DNA of 64,000 nt from Verrucomicrobia bacterium UBA6614 (GCA_002433235.1 DJHS01000153.1:48612-112611), one strand, 5' to 3'. Numbered from the stretch's first letter, positions 10,736 to 20,288 are shown. The notes: generated by a model from the sequence alone, not told the origin. Made by a program: numbers and translations.

Positions 10736-10938
10736 TTCTTGGGCAGAGGAAACTGGATGGGAGCGTTGGTCAATGTATTGGCGGTATTGGGGGGTTTTTC
10801 CTTGGCCGCCGGGACCCGGGGGCTGGCATCATAAGAATAGCGCAGGTTGGCGCTGAGCTTGATCACCCACCACAACACGACGGCCAGCCCGAGCGAAACG
10901 AGCTTAAGTCCCATATCTTGTGTCAGCCGTTGTTTCAT
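10732..10938 (-). CDS. Short membrane peptide resembling the CdaR/YbbR N-terminal anchor
   Basis: LKLVSLGLAVVLWWVI; 4-nt overlaps with cdaA and glmM; occupies the cdaR position. Confidence 0.6.
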   Translation of the reverse strand: MKQRLTQDMGLKLVSLGLAVVLWWVIKLSANLRYSYDASPRVPAAKEKPPNTANTLTNAPIQFPLPKK

Positions 10939-11855
10939 CCTGATTCGCTGGCACCGGTCTTACTGGATCGCTCGGGCAATTGTCGCAGCGATTCGCGTAG
11001 CCGGGCGCGCCATTGGGTAAAAGTGCCCTCGGGTTTTTTCTCGGGTTCAACGAGTGTGGCCTCAAGAAATTCGTTGAGCTTGTCTAGGTCCACATCGCGG
11101 TGCAGTGCGCCGTCCTGACAATAGGAGATGGCACCGGTTTCCTCGGAAACAATAATGGCCAGCGCATCAGTATCTTCGGTGATGCCGATGGCGGCCCGAT
11201 GGCGGGTGCCGAGGGTTTTCCGGATGTCCTGCCGGCTGGTGAGCGGAAATATGCAGGCGGCATGAGAAATGCGCTCACCACTGATAATCACGCCACCGTC
11301 ATGCAGCGGGCTGTTGGGGAAAAAGAGGGATTCAATCACCTCGGCGGAAGCCTTGCAGTCCATCTCCACGGCGGAGTGAAGGTCGTGATGCACATCCACG
11401 GCGCGTTCAACGACGATCAGTGCTCCCGTGCGGCTGCGGGCCAAACGACGGGAGGCGTCGATCAACATGACGATGTTCTCCTGCTGGCGTTCCTCGCCGG
11501 TATTAAAGATTGGCAGATTGCCCAGCCCGGCCAGCAGACGGCGCAACTCGGGCTGGAATAGGATCAGGATGGCCAGCACCAAGAATGCGAACACGGCCTG
11601 AAGCAGCCAACTGAGTACCTGCAGATGCAGAATCTCCGTCACCAAGGTCAACGCCATAAGCAACAGAAAACCGGCCACCACCGGCCAGCCGCGGGTGCGC
11701 TTGAGGTATTGGAAGGCGTAGTAAATGACCACCGCTAGGACGCCAATTTCCGCCACGGCGCGCACCATCCACAGCCAATTGAGCAACCACCAGTCCCGTA
11801 TGTCCAGCAACCAGCCGGGCAAATCTGTGACCAGCAACATGGGTTCCGGGATCAT
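10935..11855 (-). CDS. cdaA: Diadenylate cyclase CdaA
   Basis: N-terminal TM helices, FQPELRR, PLHDGGVII, GTRHRAAIGITE, VSEETG; start may be 11840. Confidence 0.92.
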   Translation of the reverse strand: MIPEPMLLVTDLPGWLLDIRDWWLLNWLWMVRAVAEIGVLAVVIYYAFQYLKRTRGWPVVAGFLLLMALTLVTEILHLQVLSWLLQAVFAFLVLAILILFQPELRRLLAGLGNLPIFNTGEERQQENIVMLIDASRRLARSRTGALIVVERAVDVHHDLHSAVEMDCKASAEVIESLFFPNSPLHDGGVIISGERISHAACIFPLTSRQDIRKTLGTRHRAAIGITEDTDALAIIVSEETGAISYCQDGALHRDVDLDKLNEFLEATLVEPEKKPEGTFTQWRARLRESLRQLPERSSKTGASESG

Positions 11856-12685
11856 TGTGATTTTAAAATTGCCTCCGTTGTTCGCAGGGCCCGCACGGTC
11901 TCCAAGACATCGTGCACGCGAATAATGCGTGCCCCGGCGGCCACGGCATGGCAGGCGCTGGCGAGGCTGCCGGACAGGCGATCCTCCACCGCCGCCCCAG
12001 TCAGCGCCCCCAAGAACGACTTGCGCGAAGCACCCACCACCAAGGGCCGCCCCAGCGTTGTAAAGCGGGTGAGGTTTGCGAGCAATGCCAAATTGTGCGC
12101 CACCGTCTTGCCAAAACCAATCCCCGGATCCAGGGCCACCTGCTCGGCCGCCACGCCGGCCGCCGCCAAGCGTTCTAGGCGGTCAATAAAGAACGCCTCC
12201 ACCTCGGCCACCACGTCGGTGTACTCGGGCTGGTCCTGCATAGTTTCCGGTGTGCCGTGCATGTGCATGGCGATGTACCCTGCGCCTGTATCAGCCGCCA
12301 CGCGCCAGAGGGTATCCTCCCGGCGGTTGGCGGCAATATCGTTGATAACCGCCGCACCGGCTGCCACAGCCGCCTTGGCCACGGCGGGCTTCTGCGTGTC
12401 AATAGATACCGGAACGCCCGACTCCGCCGCCAACTGCCTGACCACCGGGATGACTCGCCGCAATTCCTCGTCCTCGGACACCGGTTCCGCGCCGGGCCGG
12501 GTTGATTCCCCGCCGACATCCAGCAACCCCGCGCCGTCAGCTGCCAGACGCAGACCGTGCGCCACCGCCGCCGACGCATCCACAAACCTGCCGCCATCGG
12601 AAAAAGAGTCCGGGGTGACATTGATGATTCCCATCACCAGTGTCTCCAGAAACTCCAGCCGATGTTCGCCCGCCCGCCAAAGCAT
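11852..12685 (-). CDS. folP: Dihydropteroate synthase
   Basis: MGIINVTPDSFSDGG, DVGGESTRPG, DPGIGFGK, GASRKS, IRVHDV. Confidence 0.95.
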   Translation of the reverse strand: MLWRAGEHRLEFLETLVMGIINVTPDSFSDGGRFVDASAAVAHGLRLAADGAGLLDVGGESTRPGAEPVSEDEELRRVIPVVRQLAAESGVPVSIDTQKPAVAKAAVAAGAAVINDIAANRREDTLWRVAADTGAGYIAMHMHGTPETMQDQPEYTDVVAEVEAFFIDRLERLAAAGVAAEQVALDPGIGFGKTVAHNLALLANLTRFTTLGRPLVVGASRKSFLGALTGAAVEDRLSGSLASACHAVAAGARIIRVHDVLETVRALRTTEAILKSQ

Positions 12686-12718
12686 GCCCGACTATGCCAC
12701 GCCACCCCCAGCCACCCC

Positions 12719-12750
12719 AAAAAAAAAACGGCCCCCGCGAACGGGGACCG
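12719..12750 (-). terminator. Rho-independent terminator
   Basis: CGGTCCCCG-TTCG-CGGGGGCCG followed by T10 on the minus strand, 16 nt after the stop of the repeat gene. Confidence 0.85.
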
Positions 12751-12766
12751 GCTGCTGGCTATGGTC

Positions 12767-13213
12767 TTATCGAAGATTGATGCGCCGGAACGGCTGCTGC
12801 AACGGGTTGGCGTTGTAGGTTGGCATTTGTACCGGCCGATACCGATAGAGATTGTAGCCGTTCTGCTGCTGGACCTGCGGCATGCGTTGGTTGAAGCCAA
12901 AGTTCTGCTGCATGGGCATGCGCTGTTGGAAACCGAAGTTCTGCTGGCTCTGCATGGGCATGCGCTGTTGGAAACCAAAGTTTTGTTGGCGCTGCATGGG
13001 CATGCGCTGGTTGAAGCCGAATTTCTGCTGCATGGGCATCATGTGGTTGAACCCAACTTTTTGGCCTCGCTGAAAAGCGTTGAATTCACGGCCCTTGTTT
13101 TTCGCAAACTCACCTTGGCGTTTGTTGGTCATGCAGCCTTCGCCTCCGGCCCGCGCCGTATCAGCCACGCCCAACATCAGGGCCGCGGCGGTGAATGTGA
13201 GGATCTGTTTCAT
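12767..13213 (-). CDS. Secreted Q/N/F/M-rich tandem-repeat protein (148 aa)
   Basis: AGGAG SD before ATG 13213, signal peptide ending ARA, (QQNFGFxQRMPM)n repeats, downstream terminator. Confidence 0.75.
   Translation of the reverse strand: MKQILTFTAAALMLGVADTARAGGEGCMTNKRQGEFAKNKGREFNAFQRGQKVGFNHMMPMQQKFGFNQRMPMQRQQNFGFQQRMPMQSQQNFGFQQRMPMQQNFGFNQRMPQVQQQNGYNLYRYRPVQMPTYNANPLQQPFRRINLR
12879..13060 (-). repeat. In-frame tandem repeat, units of 36/42/42/36 nt plus a partial unit
   Basis: Plus-strand units begin GGCATGCG at 12879, 12915, 12957, 12999 and GGCATCAT at 13035. Confidence 0.9.
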
Positions 13214-13365
13214 GTTTCTCCTAGGTTGAAGATTTGGGTTGTTGTTTTCCCTTACATCGAATTTAAGGGGCTCCTTCTTACAACAAAATATCATACTCAT
13301 GCACGTCCGCAAGCCGCCCGCGCATTTTTGTCGCCATGCCTCCCACCGCGGCTACAATCCCGCGC

Positions 13366-13890
13366 ATGCCCACGCTCCCCATGCCTCTCATCACACGCGT
13401 CATCGGCGGCCTGCTCGTGGCTGTCGGGCTGCTCGGATTTTTCTACTCACGCGCCATCACCGCGCTGATCCCTTTCTTCATCGGTGCCCCCCTGCTCGGT
13501 TGCGGGTTGGCCGGACGGGAGGGAGACCTGCGCCGTCACTTCATGCATGCCGCCGCCGTGCTTTCGCTCATGGGCGCTTTGGGCGGCATTCTGGCCCTGG
13601 CCGCGTCACCCAGTTTCACCGAGGAAGAAGACCGGTCGACCATTGCCACACGCGTCAAAATCTCCACGCTCTCCAAAACTCTCATGGCCACCCTTTGCTC
13701 AGGCCATGTGGCGCTCTCCGTCTTGTCCTTCATCCTTGCCGCCCGCGCACGCCGCGAGGCGGAGGCCAGCACCAAGCTTGCCGAGGCGGAGAAAAAAGAG
13801 GACAACCCGGACGAATCCTCTCTAGACAAGGAACAAGAGGAGTCAGACCCTGACGCAAGCGAGGATGAGTCACAAAACAAGGACGAATGA
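13366..13890 (+). CDS. Small multi-TM membrane protein with acidic tail
   Basis: Four hydrophobic segments, TALIPFF.G, RRHFMHAA, D/E-rich C-terminus; start 13366 or 13381. Confidence 0.65.
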   Translation: MPTLPMPLITRVIGGLLVAVGLLGFFYSRAITALIPFFIGAPLLGCGLAGREGDLRRHFMHAAAVLSLMGALGGILALAASPSFTEEEDRSTIATRVKISTLSKTLMATLCSGHVALSVLSFILAARARREAEASTKLAEAEKKEDNPDESSLDKEQEESDPDASEDESQNKDE

Positions 13891-13928
13891 ACCTTGCCGA
13901 GCTGGTCGCGCGCCCCTAGCCTGAGCCC

Positions 13929-14378
13929 ATGAACAAACCCCGGATATTTCTCCTCGCCAGCCTGCTCCTGTTGGCCGCCTGTGCCACCGGCCCGGATACC
14001 CATTACCAGCGCGAAGGCGTCACCCTCCCCATGTCCGAGGTGCGTAATGCTTGGCTGGAAGAACTAGACCGTGCCAATCCCGACCTGCACGATGTCCTGC
14101 TCACCGCGCTCTTCCACAGCCGCCAACTGGGCACGGAAATTTTCATCCTGAAAAGACGCGTCGGAGAAGGCGAAAACTCACACTTGGTTTACGGGGTCTC
14201 CCGGATCCGGGGTGGATCAGATAATCTGATGAGCGTCAATTATGCCACACGAGAATTTCTTTTCGACCATTTCACTCCCGAGGACGGCCCCACGCTGGAG
14301 GAAGTGCGCGACCATATGTTCACCCGGGAACGTATCCGCTCCATCAAGCGTGATTTGGGCATTTTCGGCATCAAGTAG
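13929..14378 (+). CDS. Hypothetical lipoprotein
   Basis: Lipobox LAAC; TTGCCG-17-TAGCCT promoter 6 nt before the ATG. Confidence 0.65.
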   Translation: MNKPRIFLLASLLLLAACATGPDTHYQREGVTLPMSEVRNAWLEELDRANPDLHDVLLTALFHSRQLGTEIFILKRRVGEGENSHLVYGVSRIRGGSDNLMSVNYATREFLFDHFTPEDGPTLEEVRDHMFTRERIRSIKRDLGIFGIK

Positions 14379-14457
14379 CGGGAGCAATCCGCCCGCCGCC
14401 ACGTCCAATCAATAGGGCGCACGCGCCCACTGGCATTCAACACGACAACTGAAGACG

Positions 14458-15606
14458 ATGAAAAAGACCGCCCTTCTCCTTTCCCTGTGCCTCGCCGCCA
14501 TGGCGTGGGCCGAAGACAAGCCCAACGCCAAGGCCAAGAAACCGGCCAAGCAGCCGCGCATCGAGGTCTGCTTCGTGCTCGACACCACGGGCTCCATGAG
14601 CGGCCTCATCAACGGCGCCAAGCAAAAGATTTGGGCCATTGCCAACATGATGATCTCCGGCAAACCCAAGCCCGAGATTCATATTGGCCTCATCGGCTAC
14701 CGCGACCGCGGCGATGCCTATGTCACCAAGACCTTCCCTCTCAGCAACGATATTGACGACATTTATGACAAGCTCATGGCCTTTAAGGCCGGCGGCGGCG
14801 GCGACACGCCCGAATCGGTCAACCAAGCCCTCCACGAGGCCGTCCACAAAATGGAGTGGAGTGCCAATGACGATGTACTCAAGGTCATTTTCCTCGTTGG
14901 CGATGCCCCGCCTCACATGGACTACAAGCAGGACATCAAGTATCAGGTCACCTGCCAACAAGCCGCCAAGGCCAACATCATCATCAACACCATCCAGTGT
15001 GGCAAGATGGCCTCCACCACGCCGGTATGGAAGGAGATCGCCGCCAAGGCCGAGGGCAAGTTCAACCAAATTCTACAGGACGGCGGCGTGCTCGCCATGA
15101 CCACACCGTTCGACAAGGACATCGCCGCCTGCAACATCGCGCTGGGCAAAACCGTGACCGCCTACGGAGGCAGCCGGCTCCGCGCCCTGACCGCCACCAA
15201 GGTGACCAACGCCTCGCGCGCCACCCGGGAGTCCGCCGCTGACCGCCTGGCTTTCCTCGACAAGTCGAAGGAGTCCGAGAAATCGGCCGCCGAGGTCATC
15301 TCCGGCGGAGGCGACCTCATCAACCTGATCGCCAACAAAAAACTGGACCTGAAGGACGTGGAGGAAAAGAAGCTACCCGAGAAAATCCGCAAGATGAAAC
15401 CGAAGGAGCGCGAGGCCTATTTCAAGAAACAGGTTGAGGACCGAAAGAAAATTCAAGCCGACCTGGCCGTGCTCCTCAAAAAGCGGGATGCCTTCATCGC
15501 CAAGAAAAACGCGGAGTTGAAAAAGGAAGGCAAGCTCACCGGCTTTGACGGCCGCGTGCAGGATCTCATCCGCTCCCAAGCCGCCCCCAAGGGCATCGCT
15601 TACTAG
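14458..15606 (+). CDS. Secreted von Willebrand factor A domain protein
   Basis: Signal peptide, MIDAS-like LDTTGSM, GYRDRGD, GGGDTPE, VGDAPPH, helical C-terminus. Confidence 0.85.
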   Translation: MKKTALLLSLCLAAMAWAEDKPNAKAKKPAKQPRIEVCFVLDTTGSMSGLINGAKQKIWAIANMMISGKPKPEIHIGLIGYRDRGDAYVTKTFPLSNDIDDIYDKLMAFKAGGGGDTPESVNQALHEAVHKMEWSANDDVLKVIFLVGDAPPHMDYKQDIKYQVTCQQAAKANIIINTIQCGKMASTTPVWKEIAAKAEGKFNQILQDGGVLAMTTPFDKDIAACNIALGKTVTAYGGSRLRALTATKVTNASRATRESAADRLAFLDKSKESEKSAAEVISGGGDLINLIANKKLDLKDVEEKKLPEKIRKMKPKEREAYFKKQVEDRKKIQADLAVLLKKRDAFIAKKNAELKKEGKLTGFDGRVQDLIRSQAAPKGIAY

Positions 15607-17060
15607 TCTGAAACCAAAGACTCAAACCGCTCCGCCGCAGCGGCCCAAGCTTGGCTCTCGGCGGGCTGAAAGCAGGTAACATCCATCGAGGCACCGACGG
15701 CCTCGCGGGCTGCGGCCAAGTCCGGCAGATCACCCAGCGCGATGGCTTGAACCAGGACATTACCCAAGGCCGTCGCCTCCACCGGCCCAGCCAAAACCTC
15801 CACGCCACAGGCGTTCGCAGTGAACTGGTTCAGCAAATCATTGCGACTGCCACCCCCCACGACATGGAGTCGCTGAATCCTACGGCCCGTCAACGATTCC
15901 GCCTCGCGCAATCTCCGGGAGTACAACAGAGCCAGACTTTCCAAGGCACAACGCACTACGGCCCCTGGAGTTTCCGGCGCGAATTGACCGGTTTCCCGGC
16001 AGAAATCCCTGATGGCCGAGGGCATGTGGCTGGGCTTGAAGAACCCTTCATCGCTGGGATCAATCAGCGCGGCGAACGGCTCCGCCTCGGAGGCTAGCCG
16101 CGTTAGGTCCGTATAATCCAACTCAAGGCCCTCGGCCGCCCATGCGCGACGGGACTCCGCCAGCAGCCACATGCCAATGCAGTTGCGCAGCAAACGCACC
16201 GTGTTGCCGTAACCAATCTCGTTGGTGAAATTTAACGTGCGCGATTGTTCGTTGATGATCGGTGCCGGCAGTTCCACGCCGATGAGGCTCCATGTTCCAG
16301 AACTCAGGTAGGCCCAGTCCACGCCCGTCGCCGGCACGGCCACCACCGCGGAACCGGTGTCGTGGCTGCAACAGGCGATCACCTCAATTCCGCCCAAGCC
16401 GCTCTCGTCTGCCAACTCCGGCTTCAGCCGGCCCAGCCGCGTTCCCGGCTGGATCAACTCGGGAAAAATCTCGCATGGCCAACCCATGGCCTGCAGCAGC
16501 TTGCCCGACCAACCGCCCGTGCGCGGATTGTACATCTGCGTCGTGCTCGCCAGAGACACCTCTGCCCGAGCCTCGCCGCTAAGGAGGTAGTTGAAACCGT
16601 CCCCCAAGGGAATGAACCGCGTCGCTTGTTCCAGCCGTTCGGGCGTTTCCGCAGCCAGTTGATTGAGGGTGTTGATGGGCATTTGTTGGATGCCCGTCTC
16701 CTCATAAATTTCCTCCCATGTCACCGCGTCCAGAACGCGCTCCATGCCTCGTTGGTTGCGGCCATCGCGATAACTGAACGCCGGCTCCATGACCGCTCCA
16801 TCGCGGCCCAGCAGCAGATAATCCAACCCCCATGCATCGCAACTGATGCTCTTGATTTCCACCCCACGCGCGGCCGCCATTTTCAGGCCTGCCCGCAATT
16901 CTCCGAACAAGCGATCCACCTCCCAGCATAACCCCAATTCCGTCTCCACCGGCCCATTGGGAAAGCGGTGCAGTTCCTCCAACTCCAACCGCCCATGGGC
17001 CAACGAGCCCAGCATCAGTCGGCCGCTCTCGGCGCCAAGATCACAGGCAAGGTAGTGCAT
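15603..17060 (-). CDS. rhaB: Rhamnulokinase/fuculokinase (FGGY family)
   Basis: DLGAESGR, HRFPN, SYRDGR, SHDTGSAV, LSSGTWSL, VGGGSRN, GPVEATALGN. Confidence 0.8.
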   Translation of the reverse strand: MHYLACDLGAESGRLMLGSLAHGRLELEELHRFPNGPVETELGLCWEVDRLFGELRAGLKMAAARGVEIKSISCDAWGLDYLLLGRDGAVMEPAFSYRDGRNQRGMERVLDAVTWEEIYEETGIQQMPINTLNQLAAETPERLEQATRFIPLGDGFNYLLSGEARAEVSLASTTQMYNPRTGGWSGKLLQAMGWPCEIFPELIQPGTRLGRLKPELADESGLGGIEVIACCSHDTGSAVVAVPATGVDWAYLSSGTWSLIGVELPAPIINEQSRTLNFTNEIGYGNTVRLLRNCIGMWLLAESRRAWAAEGLELDYTDLTRLASEAEPFAALIDPSDEGFFKPSHMPSAIRDFCRETGQFAPETPGAVVRCALESLALLYSRRLREAESLTGRRIQRLHVVGGGSRNDLLNQFTANACGVEVLAGPVEATALGNVLVQAIALGDLPDLAAAREAVGASMDVTCFQPAESQAWAAAAERFESLVSD

Positions 17061-17089
17061 GTGCGAAACCGCGGCGCCCCTCGGCAACC

Positions 17090-17830
17090 TTATTTTCGCT
17101 GGTGCTTTAAAAACCACTCGTACAACTCCGGGTTGTCGTAGGTGACAGTCCAGGAATCGTGGCGGGCCTTGGGGTAAAGAGTGAGCTTGGGGTTGGGGTG
17201 GCCGAATTTCTTGAGGGAGGCAATCATGCGCTCGCTTTCACCCGGCGGCACCACGGTGTCCCTGCCGCCGTGAAAGGCCCAAATGCCGAGGCTGCGCAGG
17301 GCAGCGCCCTTGGCCCCGGCAGCGTTGTAGGTCTTGATAAAATTGCCCCCGCCACAAATGGGGGCGATGGCGGCAAATCGATCGCACTGCTTGATGCCCC
17401 AACTCCAAGACCCGTAGCCCCCCATGCTCAAGCCGGTCAGGTAAAGGCGGGTGGTGTCGATGCGATGTTTCTTCAACAGATCATCCAGCATGGCGTCCAG
17501 GGTTTGCGTATCCCAGACTTGGCCACGCGGGCACTGTGGGGAAACCACAATGAAAGGAAAATGTCGGCCTTTCTCGATGAGCTTGGGCGGGCCGTGGACT
17601 TTCACGCGCTCAATATTGTCGCCCCGCTCACCGGCACCATGGAGAAAGATGAGCAACGGCCACTGGGTCTCTTTGTCGGCATCATATTTCTCCGGCAGGT
17701 AGAGGAGATACTCGATGCTGAGGTTACGGCGGTTTTCGCTCTCAAAGGTGACCTTGGTTTGCATGGGTGGCTTGGCGGCAAGTCCCAGCACGCCGCAAAA
17801 CGCGGCGAGGATAAGAAGGGTTCTTGGCAT
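17090..17830 (-). CDS. Secreted alpha/beta hydrolase (phospholipase/carboxylesterase, predicted-peptidase type)
   Basis: FLHGAGERG, SPQCP, GLSMGG nucleophile, FHGGRD, HDSW. Confidence 0.85.
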   Translation of the reverse strand: MPRTLLILAAFCGVLGLAAKPPMQTKVTFESENRRNLSIEYLLYLPEKYDADKETQWPLLIFLHGAGERGDNIERVKVHGPPKLIEKGRHFPFIVVSPQCPRGQVWDTQTLDAMLDDLLKKHRIDTTRLYLTGLSMGGYGSWSWGIKQCDRFAAIAPICGGGNFIKTYNAAGAKGAALRSLGIWAFHGGRDTVVPPGESERMIASLKKFGHPNPKLTLYPKARHDSWTVTYDNPELYEWFLKHQRK

Positions 17831-17860
17831 GCCGAAGTGTCCCGGCGGAATGGCGGAGGG

Positions 17861-18331
17861 TCAAGGCACGAGTCCGTGCATGGCAGGAATGCCGGGAACA
17901 CGATAAAACGGCTGGGTTTCCTGACGAAAGACGGGGTTGCCGGCGGGATCCACGAGGGTGGACCGAACGGAGAAATTGGCGTGGTCCCATTGCCGGGTAC
18001 GCCATTGGTTGCGAAAGAGGCCGCCGAAAAGAGGCACCGTGCTGAGATAAGGCACCCGCTGGCCACCGAAGGCGTTGTAACTCCGGGTGTAGCTTGCGAC
18101 GTTAAGGGGAACCCCATTCCATGTCTGGAACTGCGAACGCACGCCGAGGTTGCCCCGGCGCGAGGGCAACATCATTCGCGAAGGCGCCACCCAGGACCAG
18201 TTGGCGCCAACGGTCATGTCGATGGTGTGCAAGTTGGGGTGCACGTAGGGGACGGCGGAAAACTGGATCTGCTGCGCCGACACGGCAACAGCCCAAGCCA
18301 TCATGGCAACAGCGACAAACGGCTTTCTCAT
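17861..18331 (-). CDS. Small exported protein with secretin C-terminal-like motifs
   Basis: Signal peptide; VPYLSTVPLFGGLFRN and LVDPAGNPV resemble secretin C-terminal motifs. Confidence 0.55.
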   Translation of the reverse strand: MRKPFVAVAMMAWAVAVSAQQIQFSAVPYVHPNLHTIDMTVGANWSWVAPSRMMLPSRRGNLGVRSQFQTWNGVPLNVASYTRSYNAFGGQRVPYLSTVPLFGGLFRNQWRTRQWDHANFSVRSTLVDPAGNPVFRQETQPFYRVPGIPAMHGLVP

Positions 18332-18411
18332 GGCTCGAACAACCTAGCATGGAGGATGAACGGACGCAACCGCGCTTGAGCGCAGCTTGCCGGGCGGGTT
18401 ACAACCGCGGC

Positions 18412-19401
18412 ATGAAATGCTTTGTCACCGGTGCCTCAGGCTTCGTGGGGGCCAATCTGGTCCACGCCCTGAATGCGCAGGGGCACGAGGTGCGCGCGCT
18501 GCTGCGGGAAAACAGCGATCGACGGGGCCTGCAGGGGGCAGAGTATGAGGCCGTGTCGGGCGATTTGGAGGACAAGACGGCGCTGGAGCGTGGCATGGCT
18601 GGTTGCGAATGGTGCTTTCACGTGGCGGCGAGCTATCACTTGTGGTTGCCGAATTACGCGCCGATGTACGCAGCCAACGTAGACGGCACGCGCAACGTGC
18701 TGGAGGCAGCCGGCGCGGCGGGCTGTGAGCGAATTGTCTACACCAGCACAGTGGGCTGCATTGGGCTGCCGCGCGGGACAACGCCCACCAACGAAACCAC
18801 GCCGGTATCCGAGGAGCAGATGAGCAACCATTACAAAATCTCCAAGTGGCGGGCCGAAGTGGTGGCCCAGGAGTTGGCGGAACGGTTGCCAGTGGTGATT
18901 GTAAACCCCAGCGCCCCCATCGGGCCACGTGATGTGAAGCCGACGCCCACGGGCAAGGTGATCGTGGATTATTTAAAGGGTGCCATGCCCGCCTATCTCG
19001 ACACCGGTCTGAACTGGGTGCATGTGCGCGACGTAGCCAAGGGACACATCCTCGCGGCGGAAAAGGGCCGTGTGGGCGAGCGCTACATCCTGGGCCATGC
19101 GGAAGGCAACCTGACCATGGCGGAGGCCTTTGCGTTGCTGGAGAAAATCACCAGCGTGCCCGCGCCGAGAATGCGTGTGCCCTACACCGTGGCGTGGATG
19201 GCGGCAGTGGTCGATGAGGGAATCAGCCAACTCACGCGCCGCCCCCCCAAGGCGCCGCTGGCGGGGGTGCGCATGGCGCGCTACAAGATGTTCTTCGATC
19301 CGGCCAAGGCCATCACCGAACTGGGCCTGCCGCAGACACCTCCGGCGGAGGCGCTGGCCGACGCGGTGGCGTGGTTCAAAAAACACGGTTATGCGCCCTA
19401 A
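18412..19401 (+). CDS. hpnA: Hopanoid-associated NAD-dependent epimerase/dehydratase
   Basis: VTGASGFVG, FHVAASY.LW, YKISK, NPSAPIGPRDVKPTPTG, DTGLNWVHV. Confidence 0.8.
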   Translation: MKCFVTGASGFVGANLVHALNAQGHEVRALLRENSDRRGLQGAEYEAVSGDLEDKTALERGMAGCEWCFHVAASYHLWLPNYAPMYAANVDGTRNVLEAAGAAGCERIVYTSTVGCIGLPRGTTPTNETTPVSEEQMSNHYKISKWRAEVVAQELAERLPVVIVNPSAPIGPRDVKPTPTGKVIVDYLKGAMPAYLDTGLNWVHVRDVAKGHILAAEKGRVGERYILGHAEGNLTMAEAFALLEKITSVPAPRMRVPYTVAWMAAVVDEGISQLTRRPPKAPLAGVRMARYKMFFDPAKAITELGLPQTPPAEALADAVAWFKKHGYAP

Positions 19402-19408
19402 TCGCCCA

Positions 19409-19436
19409 TTGACACGAAAAATGAGACTGGTATGCT
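19409..19436 (+). promoter_or_regulatory. sigma70 promoter of the rpmH operon
   Basis: TTGACA, 16-nt spacer ending TGG (extended -10), TATGCT. Confidence 0.75.
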
Positions 19437-19493
19437 CCCGCGTTCCGTCTCCCCGGGAGAGGCTTTTGAGCTGAAAAACAACGATTTTTTGAG

Positions 19494-19631
19494 ATGAAAC
19501 GCACCTATCAACCCTCGGTCATCAAGCGGGCGCGCCGCCTTGGTTTCCGCGCGCGCATGGCCACCAAGGGGGGCCGTACCGTCATTGCCCGCCGCCGCAA
19601 GAAGGGCCGAGCCCGCCTGACGCCGGTATAA
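19494..19631 (+). CDS. rpmH: 50S ribosomal protein L34 (not in ORF track)
   Basis: Translates [45 protein letters not shown]. Confidence 0.97.
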   Translation: MKRTYQPSVIKRARRLGFRARMATKGGRTVIARRRKKGRARLTPV

Positions 19632-19635
19632 AACC

Positions 19636-20010
19636 ATGCCCGGCCCCGCGCCCAAGCTGCGGCTGAAGCGCGCCATGCGAATCAGGCAACGGCGCGACTT
19701 TGCCCGGCTGCGGCAGGAAGGCCAAAAGCTGGCCACCCCTTCAATGGTCCTCAACTGGCAGGAAGCTCCCGGCAACGCAATTCCCCGCATGGCGGTTATC
19801 ACCACTAAGAAACTAGGCCCGGCCGTTGTTCGCGCACGCGCGCGACGGTTGTTGCGCGAATGTTTCCGGCTGCATCAGCGTGCCTTGCGGGTGCCGGTGG
19901 ATCTGGTGTTGGTAGCGCGCCGCGGTTTGCTGGGTGCGAAACTGGCGGAGGTGGAGGCGGACTACCTGACCGCGCTGCGCCGCGCCAATCTTTTAAAGGG
20001 GGCCGCATGA
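19636..20010 (+). CDS. rnpA: RNase P protein component
   Basis: Position after rpmH; [21 protein letters not shown]-like motif. Confidence 0.9.
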   Translation: MPGPAPKLRLKRAMRIRQRRDFARLRQEGQKLATPSMVLNWQEAPGNAIPRMAVITTKKLGPAVVRARARRLLRECFRLHQRALRVPVDLVLVARRGLLGAKLAEVEADYLTALRRANLLKGAA

Positions 20011-20288
20011 ACCCGCTCCAGTTCCTGCTCGTGGCGCTCATCCGCCTTTATCAACTGACCCTCTCTCCAGTGCTGGCGGTCTTGTGTCCGGGCGGCATCT
20101 GCCGGTTCACCCCCAGTTGCTCGCAATACGGGCTAGAGGCGGTCAAGAACCACGGCGCATTTCGTGGCACATGGATGACCTTGAGGCGGCTGTCCCGCTG
20201 TCATCCCTGGGGCGGTTGCGGGCATGATCCCGTGCCACCGCGCAAATCCTTTTCCCCATTCCCGGTCCCCAACGGGCCGCGCCATTAA
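20007..20288 (+). CDS. yidD: Membrane protein insertion efficiency factor
   Basis: [30 protein letters not shown]; ATGA overlap with rnpA. Confidence 0.93.
   Translation: MNPLQFLLVALIRLYQLTLSPVLAVLCPGGICRFTPSCSQYGLEAVKNHGAFRGTWMTLRRLSRCHPWGGCGHDPVPPRKSFSPFPVPNGPRH

Noticed and set aside
12879-13060. CRISPR-like array
   Set aside because: Units are contiguous multiples of 3 within an ORF, with no unique spacers and no cas genes
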